Shown: piece by piece, positions 38,383-60,355 of the stretch | Layout: every line of letters starts with the position of its first letter | Numbering within the stretch: the first letter of the stretch is position 1 | Origin: Phaeosaccion multiseriatum | Lineage: Eukaryota; Protista; Ochrophyta, other classes | Direction of reading: 5' to 3' | NCBI GenBank assembly: GCA_965112735.1 | Contig: OZ218960.1 | Coordinates: 2,232,001-2,296,000 of the forward strand | Length of the DNA stretch: 64,000 nucleotides | The notes under the pieces: model-generated | What the model saw: only the letters and a program-made list of their open reading frames with translations | Databases searched by the model: none | Told to the model about the DNA's origin: nothing | Translations under genes and position numbers: made by a program

Positions 38383-40881
38383 ATGAGGCCCATGGGGCCA
38401 TTGCTGGGGTTGTGGCTGGTGGTGGTGGTGCTAGTGCTGCAACAACAAGTCTATGCGAATCCCCTGAGCAAGCCGCATGTCCGAGACGATGCCATTGGGG
38501 ACCAGACTGCACGATACCAGCCGAGGGAGCCTCTACCGGCTACCGCGGTGGCGTTCGGGAGAGAAGGGGATGTGCCGGGGAGGAAGCAGCAGCAGTGTCC
38601 TCTGGAGGTGGAGGTGCTTTGGAGTGTGGATCTCTTCAGTGGCGTGTTTAGCACCCCTGTCATTCACCATGGAGCCATCGTCCTCTCCACGCTGCATCAC
38701 ACCGTGCAAGTCTTGGACAGAGACGGCTTCTCAGCCCCCGGCTGGCCAATTACTCTTGAAGGATCAAGCTTCCACGCGAGCCCAGTCTTGCATGACGTCA
38801 ATGGTGATGGGGTCAAGGTCGGGGTCTTCTCCTCGGACGCACACGTCTTCTGGCTAGATTTTAGCGGGAAGTACCTGCAAGACTACCATTTCAAAATCCC
38901 CTCTCTGACGGTCAAGCAGGGCTGGTACGAGGAGGGGGGGGCGGAGCAGGGAGGGGATGACTTGAGCAGAATTGAGTTTGAGCTCGATGAGAGCGGCGGC
39001 AGCAGCATCAAGCCGCGCCGAAGGCTTGCAACCGGGCCAACACAGACGGCGAGCAGCAGAGACTTTCTAGATACAGCGTGGGACGGCCAAGACGTGGGGC
39101 AGGACGCCGCCTCCTACTATTTGAACTATGGAAGCGACGATTTGATTGAGGCTTATTGGGAGGGGTTCCAGCCGTACACAAGCGCGGAGAACATGATAAA
39201 TATCGATGCGCACATTCTCGCAGCTCCAAGCATGGTGGATATAAATGCGGATGGATCTGCGGAAATGATTGTGGCGGTGTCCTACTTCTTTGACAAGCTG
39301 GTGAGTGAGTGAGGGAGGGATTCAGTAGGTCTGCCAGCCACAAAAGGGGATTTGAGAAGGACAGGGCTGCCTGTGACTGCCGTGTGCTTGGTGTCGTCTC
39401 ACGATGTGAACTCCTCTTCTTCTTCTTCCTCTTCCTCCTCCTCCTCCTCCTCCTCCTCCTCCTCCTCCTCATCCTCCTCCTCCTCCTCCTCCTCCTCCTC
39501 CTCCTCCTCCTCCTCCTCCTCCTCCTCCTTCTTCTTCTTCTCCTCCTCCTCCTCCTCCTCCTTCCCTCCTCCTCCTTCCCTCCTCCTCCTCCTCCTCCTC
39601 CTCCTCCTCCTCGTCCTCCCACCCCACCGAAAGCGGTATCCTGGCACCCTCGTGGGGGGAGATGAGCCCACCAAGTATGTCGGAGGGGCAATTCTGGCTT
39701 ATGACCTTGTGCAGCATGAGTGGCTGTGGGCGACGCATTTGGACCTGAGCACAGACGAGACACGGCACCGCGCCTACTTGTACGCGAGCCCTACAGTGGC
39801 AGCTCTGTCAGGAGAGGGAGAGGGGTTGTCCATCGTTGTAGGCACCGCTCTGGGGCTGCTGTACGTGCTGGACGCGCAGGGTGCGTGCCGGCCAGGCTTT
39901 CCAGTGCAGTACGGGGAGATACAGGCACAAGTTGCGGTGGCCGATGTCGTCGGAGACGGCGACTTAGAGCTTATCTTTGTGGACACGGAAGGCACCTTGG
40001 CGTGCGTGTCGGCGTCTGGAGTGGAGGTGTGGAGAACCAACATCTCAGGCAAGGTGCTGGGAGCGCCAATGGTGGGAGATGTCGATGGCGATGGGCATTT
40101 AGATGTGGTGGTGGCTGTGACCGCAGGAGGGGAGGGCCACCTGTGGATAGTATCGGGGCAGACCGGTAACAACTTGCCGCACTTCCCCAGGCTGTTGAGC
40201 AAAGGAGGCGGTCTTCCTGCGGCGGTGACTCTCGTGGATTTGCATACGCCCCCTTTCGCTGACAAGAGAGGCCTCCACGTTGTGGTACCTAGTCTTGATG
40301 GCAACGTGTACATCGTGGAAGGACGCAGCGGGTGCTCAACAAAGATTGACGTGGGTGCCCACGTGTATGCATCGGTCCTGGTGGAGGATCTGCGGGGTGA
40401 CGGGACGCTCAACCTCATTGTGACCACCATGACGGGAGAAGTGCTTGTGTTCGACACCAAAGTGCCCTCACACCCCCTGAACACGTGGACAGGGCATCAC
40501 AATGGCCGATTTGTGCATGGCCACCAAGAAGGAATCTTCATTCACTCCTTCGCTTCAGACGTGCTGACATTCGAGATTGTGCACAAGGGCAAGGCCGAAT
40601 GGTACGAGGTGAGCTTCTCCCCTTGGACTAAGCTCGCGCCTGTGAGGTACGAGGCTCCAGGAGTGTATTCTGTGGCGGTCAAGGTTCCAACACACTCGCA
40701 GGGCCACACGTTTGCCGTCACCATGGTGGACGACAAGGGGCTCCGCTTTGAGCACGCCGTGGGAGTAAGTCACGAGCTGCCGGATGGGGGGCGCTTACGC
40801 CTGATGGTTCTGCTCCCATTCCTGTTGTCGTGCGGCCCTCTGCTGTTGGGGAGAAGGAGCACAACCCCACTACCACTCTAA
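38383..40881 (+). CDS. DEX1-like FG-GAP repeat membrane protein, 2 exons
   Basis: Signal peptide; DVNGDG, DINADG, DVVGDG, DVDGDG, DLRGDG repeats; DAHILA.P, HLDLSTD, YASPTV, GEIQAQV; C-terminal TM segment. Confidence 0.85.
39410..39612 (+). repeat. (CCT)n microsatellite in the DEX1-like intron
   Basis: Direct reading. Confidence 0.93.
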
Positions 40882-40980
40882 CTGGCGCTAGTGTTGCGTT
40901 GCGATACAAGGTACTTCGAAGTAGTATATACACATTCTATTCCATGACTTCTTGTTTCTTCTATCTATGGTGTGGCACCG

Positions 40981-41439
40981 TTACTTCTTTTCTTCTTTGG
41001 TGTAGAAGGTCACCTTGTCCTCTCCCCATGCCTTCTCCTCGGTGACCTTGAGCCCCGCGTAGTCTAGCTGAGCGCTGCTGATCTTGGACGGGATGGGATC
41101 CTCGAATTCCACCGGCGCCTCAATGATGATGGCCCGGTCAACGAGTCGGTCCTTCAGAAAGCGGCGGGCCACATTGGGCCCCCCCTCCACCAACACGTGC
41201 TTGACGCCTCTGTCCCACAGGTCCTCGAGTACCTTGTCAAGAGGGCAACCGTTGTCGGGCGTGTCGGTAGGGATGTCCTGCAGCAGCACCGGCAAGCCCA
41301 CCATTCCAAACATGAGCTCTGCGGCCCGTGCAGAGGAAGACCTACACGCGACAAGCGAGAGAAAGAGAGAGAGAGAGTGCTGTGTGTTAAGTATCTCCTC
41401 CTCCCACTACTACTGCTACTCCTCCTCCTACTACTACTA

Positions 41440-41474
<35 letters not shown>

Positions 41475-42206
41475 ACTTCTCCACCTTTACGCTGCTTCGC
41501 AGTGCATTCACTCACCCCCATTGGTCGATTGTAAAGTAGACTATCGTTCGCAGGCCATCGCTCAACACCTGAGGCGACTCCGGCTCGATGGGTATCCGCA
41601 ACCTGTGTGCGGGCAGCAGGAAAGAATGACACGATAAGGAGGAAAGAGAGAAGGAGGTGTCTTTCTGCTAGTTCCCCTCCTTCTTCCTGATTGCCCCACT
41701 CACCGCCTGTCCAGAACTACTCGAATGGGTTGTTGATAGCCCTCGGGCGTGTCCACCCTTCGGACGGTCAGCGTGGGGTCATCCCTCAACACAGTAGAAA
41801 TCCCCACAACCACGGCCTGCACTTCCATTCGCAGTCGATGGACCTCATCCAGCGATTCCTCAGACGTGAAGCGACCAGGTATGCTGGCGTTGTCGTCCAC
41901 TGCCCCGTTCTTGTCCAGCGCAATCTTCAGCGTCACCCTAGGCCGCCCCACCCCTTCGCCCAAGCCCCCTGTCTCCCAGGCCTCTGAGGGAACGTACAAT
42001 TGCGGGCCATCCTCTTCGCCCCACTCAGGAATCTCCAGGTGGTCCGGAGGCCTGAAAGACATGTCAATGCTACTCCCTTTGCTTGAATTACTGTCCCGTC
42101 CAGAGTTGTTGGATGCCAACAGAGGCCGCATAGAAGAAGGCACAACAAACGCCTCCGCCGTGGCACGCAAGAAGAGAAGCGCTGCGGCTATGCGGACCGG
42201 CGCCAT
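40981..42206 (-). CDS. Plastid-targeted RibD C-terminal (pyrimidine reductase) domain protein, 3 exons
   Basis: Signal peptide + AEAFV; PRVTLKIA, VHRLR..VQAVVVG..TVLRDDP.LTVR, P.RVVLD, VLVEGG. Confidence 0.88.
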
Positions 42207-42486
42207 GCTTCTCTATCTTTTGATTCCTGCACACTTGTTGGCGGTGTGAGGTGTTCCCTGAAGGCAATGAAATTTCTTGGCGCGCTTCCGTCTCTCCTGA
42301 TGGAGAAAGCTCTTCTGCAGCTCAAGCGAAACACAACCGACTTTTGGTCCATCTACCCCTTCCCTGCAACTGCGAGCGAAATCCAGAGAGGTAGCACAAG
42401 AAAGAGAGAGAAGGAGAGAGAGAGAGAGGGCGAGAGACAGGGAGAGAGAGAAATTCAATTGTGCACCAACCAGCCACAACCTCTTG

Positions 42487-42605
42487 ATGGAGGAAGCTCT
42501 TCTGGAGCTCAAGCGAAACACAGCCGACTTTTGGGTGCCACGGGAGATCAAACGTATCCCCTTCCCTGCAACTGCGAGCGAATTCCAGAGAGGTAGGCAC
42601 AAGAC

Positions 42606-42640
<35 letters not shown>

Positions 42641-44307
42641 AGAAAGAGAGAGAGAGAGAGAGAGAGAGAAATTCAGCCCTGCCTTTCTCTCCACCGATCC
42701 TTCTCCTCCATCGTGCACCAACCAGACTATGTTGCAACAAGTACGCCTGTGATCATCACTGGCGCGTTGGAAGATTGGCCTGCCCGCGACTGGGATGTAG
42801 AGCGTCTCAGGCGACAAGTTGCTGACCGAGTTGTGCATGGTGAGTGAGCTGTCCATGGTGAATGAGTGGTGCCCCCCTTTATTCTTCTTCCTTCCTTTTG
42901 CGCTCATCTGATTCCCGCTTCTCTTCCCCCCTCTTCTAGTCAACGTCACGCCGGACGGGTGGGGGGACAGCGTCCAGGCCGTAGAAGGGAAAGAGGTGTT
43001 TATAAAGCCCGAAGAGCGCGAGGTGCCCTTTGGCGAGTTTTGTGAGTGGCTGGAATGCCCAGACTCGGCCCCCGGCATTCCATACCTCTCGCACCAGAAC
43101 GACAGCCTTCGACAAGAGCTGCCGGTGGGTAAGCTCTCCTCTGCTCCCTCCTGTCTTCTAGTATGATCCTACTCACAAAATAGTTGACACCAAACCTCTG
43201 CAGGAGTTGGCAGCTGATGTGCCTGAGCACGGAGCGCTGCAACGGCTCGGGCACGAGCTCTTCGGCCCGCCCGATGCCGTCAATTTGTGGATAGGGGACG
43301 ACCGAGCTGTGTCAGCGGTGAGGAGGAGCACAACCACCGTTGCCCCCGCGGCGCCAGCCAATCGTTTCCTTCCGCCCCTGCTTATCCCTGCGCCCTTTCC
43401 GCCCCCCACCTCACCCCTCGTGACCACTCCATCGTCAACACACACACAGGTGCACAAGGTACGCGCTACATGTACCGGTTGGAAGTTGGAAGGGCTTGAA
43501 AGGGGGGGAGGGCCGCTCAGGCACGAAAACAGAGGACATGAAGAGAGGGAAGAGATCGGGATTGTGCTGTAGGAGAGTGGTCTTTCTTCGCTCTGCTTGT
43601 GCTCCTATGATCTTCTGCTGTTGCAGTGCTTGGCTCGCTTATTCAAGTTCCCTCTTCGAAGAAAAGCGGCTCGTTTCTCAATGGTGGCCCATCTCTATCT
43701 CTCGCTTCCTTCTTTCCCCTTTCTCTCTTTCGATCTGCCCCCCTCTTATCTCTCTAATTCAGGATCATTACGAGAACATGTACGCTGTGCTGCAAGGAGA
43801 GAAGACGTTCACCTTGTTGCCGCCGTCGGACTGCCTGTTCCTCCATGAAGCGGACTTCCCCTCGGCAAGGTGGACAAGGGATGGGCAGGGCACCGGGCAG
43901 AAGCTCCACATGGAGGAAGGAGAGACTGTCTCTTGGATACCGCTGGATCCAGCAGACGAGACGGAGGCGGAGCGCTACCCTTTGTTCGCGTATGCCTCTC
44001 CCGTGCAATGCACAGTCGCGGCGGGGGAGGTGCTGTTTCTGCCCTCGCTCTGGTATCACAGGGTCGCCCAAACCGGCATCACCATCGCCGTGAACCACTG
44101 GTTTGACCAATCATTTGGCCACAGTTGGGTGTACTACAAGGTGAGGAAAGACGGGGGAGGTGTGCAGCGGTAGGTGTGACTAAATCCCCGCCCCTCCGCA
44201 CCGTGCAATATGCTCTCTCTCTTTTCTGCCCCGGACAGTTCCTCAAGAGCCTGGCTGCCGTGTGGCACAAGCAGCCCGCTCTGCTGGGAGACAAGAGCAG
44301 CGCATGA
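42487..44307 (+). CDS. JMJD7: JmjC cupin protein JMJD7-like, about 7 exons including a 9-nt microexon
   Basis: FQRDYV...PVII...WPA, VTPDGWGDSV, YLSHQND, PDAVNLWIGD, VHK|DHYENMY, LFLPSLWYHRV, IAVNHWFD. Confidence 0.9.
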
Positions 44308-44452
44308 CCTACACACGCACAAAAGGCTTGTGTTCAGCTCCTCACATTCATAATACAAAATATGTACAGGAAGACTTAAGCTCCATCAGCTAGCTCCGCA
44401 TAGTCACGTGCGCCCGCCCTTCCCCCGCAATTATACCATACGGCCAAAAGCC

Positions 44453-45024
44453 TCAGCAAGCGCGCTCCTCCGACGCCATAATCTTGTACGGCGTCTCCTT
44501 CTCCCCTGCAGTGTACGCGCAAAGACAAGGGCAGCGACTGAGGTGAGTAATAGGCCACGCGCGGAAAAGGAAGGAGCACGTGTGAACTCCCATGCCCACG
44601 CCCCGCACTCACATGCCTTGTACCACATGGTAACATCTCGCATGACACACTTGCCGCTGTCCATCGCCTCATCCTTAATCTCGCACGAGTACTTGAGGCC
44701 CGCCACGAGCTGCTGTGTCACTTTAACGAACGTGTACTTGTGGGTCTCCGAGTCATTCTGGCTCTCGTTCAGCTGCCCCTCAAGCCATTGCCGCGCATTG
44801 TCGAACATTGCGTCATTGGAGTTGGTAATGTCTATCGGCCTTCCCGTCTGGAGAGAGAATGCGGACGAGGGCTGCTGGTTAGGTTTCGGAAGGAGGGAAA
44901 TCGTAGCGGAGAGGCTCAAACTTACCATGGGCTCCGTGAAGACCTGGCCCACGGGTTCTCCCCCGGACGCCATGATGCTCAAGAAGAAGACAACGAGCAA
45001 GAGAAGCACCTTTCCAATTGTCAT
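44453..45024 (-). CDS. Secreted cystatin-like protease inhibitor, 3 exons
   Basis: Signal peptide, N-terminal G, QLVAG (QxVxG) motif; spliced C-terminus WYKAWEKETPY. Confidence 0.78.
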
Positions 45025-45274
45025 GCCTTGAAACAGTCTGTAATAAAACAGGAGGAGAAGAGAATGGGATGAGAGTTTGGAGTTGATTTTCCGAGAAGGG
45101 TATCGGAGTTGGGCTCCCATTCGGGAACCCAACTACGGAAAGGTCCACCCTTTCCGATAATCGATAAATCCCTTTCCAGCTCCCTCGTCGCCCCCCACAA
45201 CAACACCACCCCCTCAAGGCTCAACCTTAAAGCGCCCTCCCTACCCCCACGAGCTGCAGATACAAAATTGGAGC

Positions 45275-46815
45275 ATGGCGGACATCCAGAACCTCAAGGA
45301 GTTTGGTGAGTGGCTCCGTCCATCCGCTATGGGCCCCGGCTGCGGAGGGAGCAGCGAGCGCTTTCCTTGTGCAGCACAGCGGCTTGTTTGGGTATTTTTT
45401 AAGAGCCAGGGTACTTTGAGCGTCTGTGGCTCGGACGTTCGGGGGGTTAAGGGCTTTTCCTTTTTCCCCTGACTGTATTTGATCTGCGCAGACCCGGTAG
45501 GAAACCTGTGCCTGAGTTGACACCAATCCCCACTCCTCCGCTCGCAACTCCCCCCCGCAGACCCCTTTGCCGACAGCAACGATGAGAAAAGGGACACGTC
45601 GAAAGTTCACGTGCGTGTGCAGCAACGGAGCGGGCGGAAATGTATCACAACAGTGCAGGGCATGATGGATGACTTGGACTTGAAGAGAATACTGAAGGTG
45701 AGTGAGGGAGATGGGTGCTTCTCCTATCGAAATGGGCCAGGCGTAGAAGCAGCGGGGAATCCGACAGCTTCGACTGGGTTGCTGAAACGTCTTTGGCTGC
45801 GGAGTGAACTGAGGTGTCAGCGTGGTACAGCAGGCCACCGCCTGGTCTAAAGGCGAAGGAGGGAGGCGTGAATTGGTTCAAAAGCTAGCTGTTTAGTGCG
45901 GTGAAAGATATGTTGTCGTAAGAGAGAGAGGAGGGAGGAAGAGAGGGAGGGAGTGTAAAGGAGTGAAGGAGTGCGCGACTGAGGAAGTGAAGTAACCGGA
46001 TGAGGGAGGGAGTGGGTGAGGGATTGAGTAGTTGAGTGAGGCAGGGAGTGAATGAGGCAGGGATGGAGGGAGGGAGTGAGTACGTGAGGGTGTGGGAAGA
46101 AGTGAGTGAGTGAGTGAGTGAGTGAGTGAGTAAGGGGGGCGAGAGGGAATGAGTGGTGGGGTGAGGGAGCAAATGAGTTAGGGGGGGTGAGTGAGCGAGT
46201 GAGTGAGGGAGTCAAACAGAGAGTTGAGAGTGTGAGTGAGGGGGTAAGTGGTGAGCCAGTGAGCAAGTGAGAGCTGAGCTAGTGAGCAAATGAGCTCGTC
46301 TAGTGAGGGAGAGAGTTATCGACTGAGTGAGTGGGTGAGCGAGTGAGCGAGTGAGTGAGGGGGTGGGTGAGTGAGCGAGTGAGTGAATGGGTGAGCCTAG
46401 ACCATTAGTCTGGTATGGTAGCCTTCTCGCCTTTCATTGTGTCAGACTTTCGTCACTAAACCCTGCGTGTCGCCGCCCCCCCCCAACCCCACAGGCGTTC
46501 AAGAAGAACTTCTCATGCAACGGTGCCATTGTGAAGGACCCTGAGCTCGGGGAGATCATGCAGCTGAGCGGAGACCAACGCACCAACGTCAATGAGTTCT
46601 TGTGCGATCAGGAGATTTGCGTGGCAGGACAGGTGAGGCGGACCGGCGAGGGCCGAGCAAGCGCAGGGGGGGGAGGTGCGGACGGGGCTACTCATCGTGT
46701 TGTATTGTATCCGCCGGTGCGCTTGGTGTGCTGTACTACTCCTGTATCACCTTCTGACCCCTTGACCCTACGACCCACGATAACGAATTCGCAGGTGGTC
46801 CTTCACGGTTTCTAA
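45275..46815 (+). CDS. SUI1: Translation initiation factor eIF1 (SUI1), 4 exons
   Basis: MADIQNL..FDPFAD, VHVRVQQRSGRKCITTVQG, FKKNFSCNG, QLSGDQR, VVLHGF. Confidence 0.97.
46102..46386 (+). repeat. (GTGA)n-rich degenerate microsatellite in an eIF1 intron
   Basis: Direct reading. Confidence 0.85.
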
Positions 46816-47475
46816 GCTGCGCGAGGTGGACATGCCCATATGCCCATATATATGCCCATGGCATCATCAACATCGTGTCAGCCTGTATAATGAGCCGTGC
46901 TTAACACCCTGGCAAATCACAAAGCGGCCAGTGCGGACTAAGTATTGAAGTATATACATATAATTTAATCCGTCAATCCGTCAAGCCGTCTGTCGCTCCG
47001 TTGGGGAGACACACGAGCGCCGCAGTCGCTTCAATCCTCCCCCTTCGTCAAAGTCTTGTAGATTCCATTCCCGACGCGACCGTACGTGCTGAAGAAAAAG
47101 AAGTGGAGGAACCGATCGGAGAACGGTGCTTATCCAGTCGTCATGCTTGGAAGAATAGGAGAAGTAATGTCGTTGACAGGGGCAAGGGGAGTGAGGAGGA
47201 GGAAAGGAGGGCGGCGGAGGACAGGGAGGGTGTCTGTGTGTGCACACAGGCTGGGGTAAGAAGTAAGAAGTAAGAAGGTACAGCGCGCCCACCTGCCCGT
47301 GTTGGTACTTTAGAATCGTCGCCATTTTCACAATCTTAACCGCTTCTCAATCCGGCTTTCTCGTTCTCTCTGATTAATTCATCTTCTAATCACCGGAACA
47401 AACAAACACAAGGCAGACAGTAGCAGTAGAAGCCTCGCAACCCCACCTAGGAGAGAGAAACGAAAGGGAGGATCG

Positions 47476-49021
47476 ATGAAGAGCGATTCGGACGATGAAC
47501 GCGATGAAGCTCGAGGAGGGGGTGAGGCCAAGCCGGTCAGGCCACGGAGAAGGAGGCCAGCCGAGGAGGGGAAGGATGGAGGGGGGGCACGAGCTGAAGG
47601 GGAAAGCAAGGACGGAAATCCGACCATCATGAAGGGAGGGTAAGTTGCGCCAATTAAATCATTCATCCACTCTGTGCAATGATTGTGCTTTTTACTTCAC
47701 CTCACTGCTGTCACTGCTGCTGCTGCTGCTGCTCCACTTTTTCTCCCTCCGCCGGGTGTGCGTAGGTGGGGTATGGGGGGTGGAAGCTCAGGGGACAACG
47801 CAGGGCCGGGCGCCACCAGCACCAGCGCAGCTCGGCCCCCAGATGAGCTCCCAGAAGGTAGAAGAGGCAGGCGGAAAAACCACCACCATGATGACGATGA
47901 TTCGGTAAGTCTTTCGGGGGGGGAGGAGACGGAGTAGAGGAGAGTGTACTCTCTGCAGCAAGCGCTGATGTGAGGGGTGGTGGGCACACGAGGGAGAGAG
48001 CAGCTGTTAACCGAAGCCTTCCCGACTCCGACGTCCCCTCACCCGCTCCGTGCCCGCTCCATATCCGCAGGATCTCATCATCATCCCTGACCTGGAGGAC
48101 GAGGGCGAGGAGGACATTACTCTACAAGGTGACTTTGAAAGGAACAGACTGCCACCGCCGTCTTGGCTCGTAAAGCCTAGTCCTTCCCCATTGACCTATC
48201 CACCTGCTGCTCCTCCTCCTCCTCCTCCTCCTTCTCCTCCTTCTCCTCCTCCTCCTTCTCCTCCTCCTCCTCCTCCTCCTCCTCCTCCTCCTCCTCCTCC
48301 TCCTCCTCCTCCTCCTCCTCCTCCTCCTCCTCCTCCTCCTCCTCCTCGACCCTTCCTCCGCTTTTCAGTCGCCGTGGCCCCGAAGAACGTCAAGCGCAGA
48401 GTGCCTTCTCTCAGCGAGCTTGACCGCGATATCAAGCATACCGTGCCCAGTGCGGCGGAGGGCCTGGACATGAGCATCCTCACAAAGACGCTCGTCCCGC
48501 CGGAGATGGTACGGAGGTGCAGGAGGGGAGGAGAGCCCCTTCTCTTCATGCGACTGAAGAGGCTGACTGACTGACTGACTGACTGACTGACTGACTGACT
48601 AACTGCCTGTCTTCCTACCTGACTGACTGGGTGGCTGAACGAATGACTGCATGAATGACTGACTGCTGTCTGCTGCCTGCCTGCCTGATGGACTGGCTGA
48701 TGGACTGCCATACTCACTCACTGCCTGACATGAGCCCTCCAACCATCTCTGTTTCAACCCCCCTTCTTGTCGCTCCTGTCTCAGCTGCGAGAAGAAGACG
48801 ACCAGTGGGAGTTCGAGGGGCTGCTTCAATCCGTCACGCAAGAATACAACGCGCTCTCACTCGAGGGCAAGGCAGGGGCAGGGGCAGGGCGGGAGGGAGG
48901 CGAGGTGGCACCAAACTCCACAGTCACCGCCACCACGGCCACTGCTAACGGTGGAAGCGCGGCTGAGGGAGACGCTGCCCCTACCGTGGGCGGGAGGAGG
49001 GAGAGCTCGTGGCGGACCTAA
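47476..49021 (+). CDS. IFT43: Intraflagellar transport protein IFT43, about 5 exons
   Basis: IIPDLEDEGEEDITLQVAVAP, SLSELD, GLDMSILT, EEDDQWEFEGLLQSV. Confidence 0.85.
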
Positions 49022-49183
49022 TACGAAGATGCACTGTTTTGAGCCTTTTTGTCCACCGTCACGGCCGGTGCCCTTCCACTCCTTCCACTAACTAGACTGG
49101 CACCATCTCCATGGTCACCTTCGCGTCTTGCGAGATTCAGTTCAGAAAAGCCCACCCTCGAACCCTGACACGTTATGCGTATT

Positions 49184-49590
49184 TCTCGATAGCTTTGCCG
49201 TTGGCACACGTCAAAAGCTGATGCGCCCCGGCTGGCGCCTGTACCTTGCCCATATACCTGTTGCCCTGCTTCGCCTTGCTCGGGTGGGGGGAATAGACGC
49301 AGAGCTGGCGGTGCCCGCGATAGTGATCACGCTGCTGAGGAGGGCCATAGCGATAGCGCAATAGCGCTTAGGGGATAAGGGTCGACCCCTGAAGTGGTAC
49401 CGAGCAATTATCGGTAGCAGGTAGCGCACCAGCTCACGCCGCTAGCTCACGCCGGCGGTGGCAGCTGATGGTTGGCCGGCCCGCCGGTCGGCCGGTAGCA
49501 GGTCAAGGTCGGCTGACGCCGGCGGTACCAGGTAGCAGGCCAGGTAGCAGGCCAGGTAGCAGGTCAAGGTCGGCTGGCGCCGGCGGTCAG
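49184..49590. repeat. Dispersed intergenic repeat, copy 2, with internal CCAGGTAGCAGG and GTAGCAGGTCAAGGTCGGCTG repeats
   Basis: Homology to 25491-25722; short tandem units at 49495-49590. Confidence 0.7.
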
Positions 49591-50265
49591 GGGTGAATAA
49601 GGGCAAAGGGAGATCTAAAAGTAACGTCTCACCGCCCCGGGGAACTTAGCCCCCGAGGTCGTATCCTTCCGACTCGTCAGTCCTTCCCATCGGAATAAAG
49701 TTGATTCCAGCCAGGATCCAGTGGCGAATCGACCGTTCGTGTCGGGCCCGCTGGAGCGCTACTGACGGTACGGCCAATCGCCGCCGAAAGACGCAAACAG
49801 ACCTCGCATAAGCCCTCATGTCCAGATGTTCGTGCCCCCCAGCCATGTGGGTGGTGATGATGCCAGTAGTAACGTCAAGTCAAAGTGTTTTAATAAACAC
49901 CTGTGCTGATGGACCAAACAGAGTGGCTGTACGCCACCTGTGAAGAAGCACCAACATGCCTGGGTACGTATACGTTTTTTGCCCCCATAAGTCAATTATC
50001 GGGGGTCTGTCATCGATCTTTATTTAATCCTTTGTCATCATTGTCAAGTCCCTGCTTGTGGTTACGAAGCGAAGCGCTCCGTGCCCCTCCTCTTCAGGTG
50101 ATCGAGAGATATGTGGAAGGTTGCATCTTGCTTTAATGCACCACAGGTGCTCCTCTTCGAACTGTCCTGCAAAGATCCTGTTCTGTTTCTCTCAATCGAT
50201 CGATCTGTGGTCTCTGCCTCTCTCTCTCTTCCTCGCACGCGCTCTGCTCTGTCTCCGGAAGAGCA

Positions 50266-60008
<9,743 letters not shown>

Positions 60009-60355
60009 ATATCACTCACGGGCACGACGGACGCGCACACTGCACCGCGCAGCGAGGCGAGCAGCAAGACGAGCAGCTCTGCAGGCAGAGACAGGAGACA
60101 GTCGCAGTAGCTCCTTTTATAGTTCCTTTTCTCTTCTTTTCTCTGGTTGATCATCGTGGGGCAATTACAATCAGAGTATACATTGACGATTACGGCCGGG
60201 CAAAGGCCCAAGGCCAGGCTAGGCCAGGCGGCACCCGTCTCTCCATGCATAACGGGAGTGAGAGAGCGATAACGGATAGCCGCGAACAGCGAATAGCGCA
60301 TAGCGAATATGCAGTATTCACGATTTGGGGACCCCTAGGCCTACTCCTCACTTGC

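Noticed and set aside
49655-49690. Hammerhead-like CTGACGA followed by a GTCG/CGAC stem on the - strand
   Set aside because: The required GAAA after stem II is missing
49646-49846. 66-aa intergenic ORF
   Set aside because: No recognisable motif or supporting splice structure
49854-49912. Possible box C/D snoRNA (GTGATGA...CTGA)
   Set aside because: Short, weak terminal stem, no recognisable antisense guide
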